From Eubacteriales bacterium (GTDB taxonomy: Bacteria; Bacillota; Clostridia; Oscillospirales; CAG-272), in the NCBI GenBank assembly GCA_045614425.1, contig JAZLCX010000131.1, positions 1-56,177 on the forward strand: a DNA stretch of 56,177 bases. The letters run 5' to 3'. The notes under the pieces are model-generated. The model did not search any database, was not told the origin of the DNA, and worked only from the letters and a program-made list of their open reading frames with translations. This document shows, piece by piece, positions 54,808 to 56,177 of this stretch. The position numbers and the translations under genes were made by a program. Numbering within the stretch: position 1 is the first letter of the stretch; each line of letters starts with the position of its first letter.

Positions 54808-55233
54808 ATGAATTTAGGAATTTTGGCTACGGCACTCAGTATGGGAATCGCCGCAATAGGCTCTGTAATCGGAATAGGAATCGCAGGTCAGGCATCGATC
54901 GGCTCCTGGAAGAAGTGTTATATGAACAACAAAGCAGCACCGTTTATACTTACAGTATTTGCGGGTGCACCTCTTACGCAGACAATTTACGGCTTCCTTC
55001 TGATGCAGCAGATGAGGGGCTCATCTGCCGATTCCACCTTCCTCTTCGGCATAGGAATAGCTTCCGCTCTTGCAATGGCGCTCTCCGCATTTTATCAGGG
55101 AAAAGCCGGCGCTGCAGGCGCAGATGCCTTGGCTGAAACCGGCAAGGGATTTTCGCAGTACATCACGGTCGTAGGTCTTTGCGAAACCGTTGCGCTCTTT
55201 GCACTCGTATTCAGTATGGTGGCATTAGGTTAA
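54808..55233 (+). CDS. ntpK: V-type ATP synthase subunit K (c-ring proteolipid, 4-TM type)
   Basis: 141 aa forming two hairpins, with PLTQTIYGF, FYQGKAGAAG and GLCETVALFA motifs. Confidence 0.92.
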   Translation: MNLGILATALSMGIAAIGSVIGIGIAGQASIGSWKKCYMNNKAAPFILTVFAGAPLTQTIYGFLLMQQMRGSSADSTFLFGIGIASALAMALSAFYQGKAGAAGADALAETGKGFSQYITVVGLCETVALFALVFSMVALG

Positions 55234-55249
55234 ATTATTACTGCAAATT

Positions 55250-55286
55250 AAAAGAGGAACTGCATTTTGCACAGTTCCTCTTTTTT
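55250..55286. terminator. Bidirectional rho-independent terminator
   Basis: aaaagaggaactg - loop - cagttcctctttttt, between ntpK and the convergent GNAT gene. Confidence 0.85.
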
Positions 55287-55300
55287 ATTATAATTTCGGC

Positions 55301-55738
55301 TTATTTTTTCATTTCCATATAGGGCAGGGTATCGAATCCGCATTTTTTATACACCTTAATAGCGTTTTCGTTGTAGTCCTCAACCTCTAAGCGAAATATC
55401 GAGTCGGGGAAGCTCTCGGTTATAAAATTAAGAAGCGTGCTTCCGAGTCCAAGACCGCGGTATTCCTTCTTTATATATAAGTCCTCAATCCATATGCAAG
55501 GCTTGCCGAATTCGGTCGAAAAGCTTTTTGCAATCATAGAGTATCCCTTTATTACCCCCGATTCTTCGATAACGAATCCGTCAATATAAGGGCTTTCGCT
55601 TATACAAGCGTCCACGTCATTTGAGAAAATCTCCTCCGAGCCGTTTGTGGAAACTGCATCGGATGCGTAAAATACCCGCATCATTTCGATAATTTCGGGC
55701 TTATCTGCCATGGTCATAGGTCGTATTTTGTCAGCCAT
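55301..55738 (-). CDS. GNAT-family N-acetyltransferase
   Basis: 145 aa with the acetyl-CoA-binding motif A region IKKEYRGLGLGSTLL and AIKVYKKCGF. Confidence 0.85.
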   Translation of the reverse strand: MADKIRPMTMADKPEIIEMMRVFYASDAVSTNGSEEIFSNDVDACISESPYIDGFVIEESGVIKGYSMIAKSFSTEFGKPCIWIEDLYIKKEYRGLGLGSTLLNFITESFPDSIFRLEVEDYNENAIKVYKKCGFDTLPYMEMKK

Positions 55739-55895
55739 TTTACTACTCTCCTGCCGGATTTGTCAGCTAAATTATATCACAGAACAAAGGAGAAGTAAAT
55801 AGGCGGCAAAGAAATTTGAAATATTCGGCTTACATCCTAGTTCATCGAAGAAGATAACAAAAAGCACTCCGCGTGATGCGAAGCGCTTTTTAAAG

Positions 55896-55914
55896 TTTCG
55901 ACCATTGGTCGAAA
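55896..55914. repeat. Perfect palindrome TTTCGACCA-T-TGGTCGAAA
   Basis: 9-bp arms at 55896-55904 and 55906-55914 with a single centre base. Confidence 0.8.
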
Positions 55915-55946
55915 TTATCTCTTGGAGTTTTGAGAGTACCGTTTGA

Positions 55947-56002
55947 TATCGTGCATTTATCGTGTGATTTCGTGCAATATCGTGAATATCGTGAGTATCG
56001 CC
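55947..56002. repeat. Six phased direct repeats of TATCGTG (9-11 bp period)
   Basis: Copies start at 55947, 55958, 55968 (tttcgtg), 55978, 55987 and 55996 (tatcgcc). Confidence 0.8.
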
Positions 56003-56012
56003 CTATAAAGTG

Positions 56013-56044
56013 TTGCACCAAATTTGCACCAAAATTACACCACA
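56013..56044. repeat. Three 11-bp-phased direct repeats TTGCACCAAA / TTGCACCAAA / TTACACCACA
   Basis: Copies at 56013-56022, 56024-56033 and 56035-56044. Confidence 0.8.
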
Positions 56045-56076
56045 TTAAACGCCCATTCATCTCGATAAATTGAATT

Positions 56077-56177
56077 TTATCTTCCAAAATCTATCCGCAC
56101 TAACTTTTTTCCATTGGGCAACTTATATTCCAAAGACTTTAATCTGTGATAGTCAATTTCAAGCATTACACGCTCTA
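56077..56177 (-). CDS. Possible C-terminal end of a gene entering from beyond the window
   Basis: Hand translation of the minus strand gives ...ERVMLEIDYHRLKSLEYKLPNGKKLVRIDFGR*, with the stop as the complement of 56077-56079. It is too short to assign or to be sure it is coding. Confidence 0.25.
   Translation of the reverse strand, partial: ERVMLEIDYHRLKSLEYKLPNGKKLVRIDFGR

Noticed and set aside
55890-56087. 65-aa minus-strand ORF covering the repeat arrays.
   Set aside because: Its sequence (…GRYSRYSRYCTKSHDKC…) is simply the translation of the TATCGTG and TTGCACCAAA direct repeats. It has a non-ATG start and no RBS. The repeats are the real feature.
1-56177. Search for CRISPR arrays, tRNA or rRNA genes, IS elements or transposases, integrases, and toxin-antitoxin or defence-type genes.
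   Set aside because: None was found. The only tandem repeats are the hexanucleotide tract at 47575-47683 and the phased repeats at 55947-56044. Neither has CRISPR-like repeat-spacer geometry.

Overview
The window is a 56.2-kb chromosomal segment with the gene content and signals of a spore-forming Firmicutes (Clostridia-type) genome. It shows GGAGG-type ribosome-binding sites, sigma-A TTGACA/TATAAT promoters that often carry an extended TG, and hairpin terminators. I found no rRNA, tRNA, CRISPR array, transposase or integrase. Most of the window is housekeeping: yaaT(partial)-holB on the minus strand, metG-tatD, a LysM/GH18-like protein, eno, an aldehyde dehydrogenase, and a minus-strand eight-gene aromatic amino-acid operon (pheA-aroB-aroC-aroE/K-aroQ-aroA-aroF, with malQ appended). 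A divergent TetR gene has matching palindromic operators at both its own promoter and the aro promoter. Further genes are an ArsB/NhaD-type permease, trkH-trkA, nifS-nifU-mnmA, a DMT transporter, mglBAC, a frameshifted FAD-dependent gene, a GNAT, and a seven-gene V-type ATPase operon (E-DUF2764-like-A-B-D-I-K) whose c-subunit carries the Na+-binding residue signature. The main candidate for an undescribed system is a tightly packed operon of about 13.5 kb (26327-39888) running from one consensus promoter to one terminator. It encodes a 1109-aa secreted solute-binding protein with two jelly-roll-like N-terminal modules, two complete MalF/MalG-type permease pairs, a 732-aa NHL-propeller/TPR/Yip1 membrane fusion, and a 1305-aa secreted protein of unknown function in the slot where a second binding protein would be expected. 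The operon has no ATPase, no recognisable glycoside hydrolase and no regulator. Smaller oddities are an orphan PqqD-like plus S24/S26-like peptidase pair, a 47-aa (Asn-Gln)n repeat micro-ORF with a strong RBS, and helically phased iteron-like repeat arrays at the 3' edge. All functional calls come from reading motifs by eye; no database search was run.
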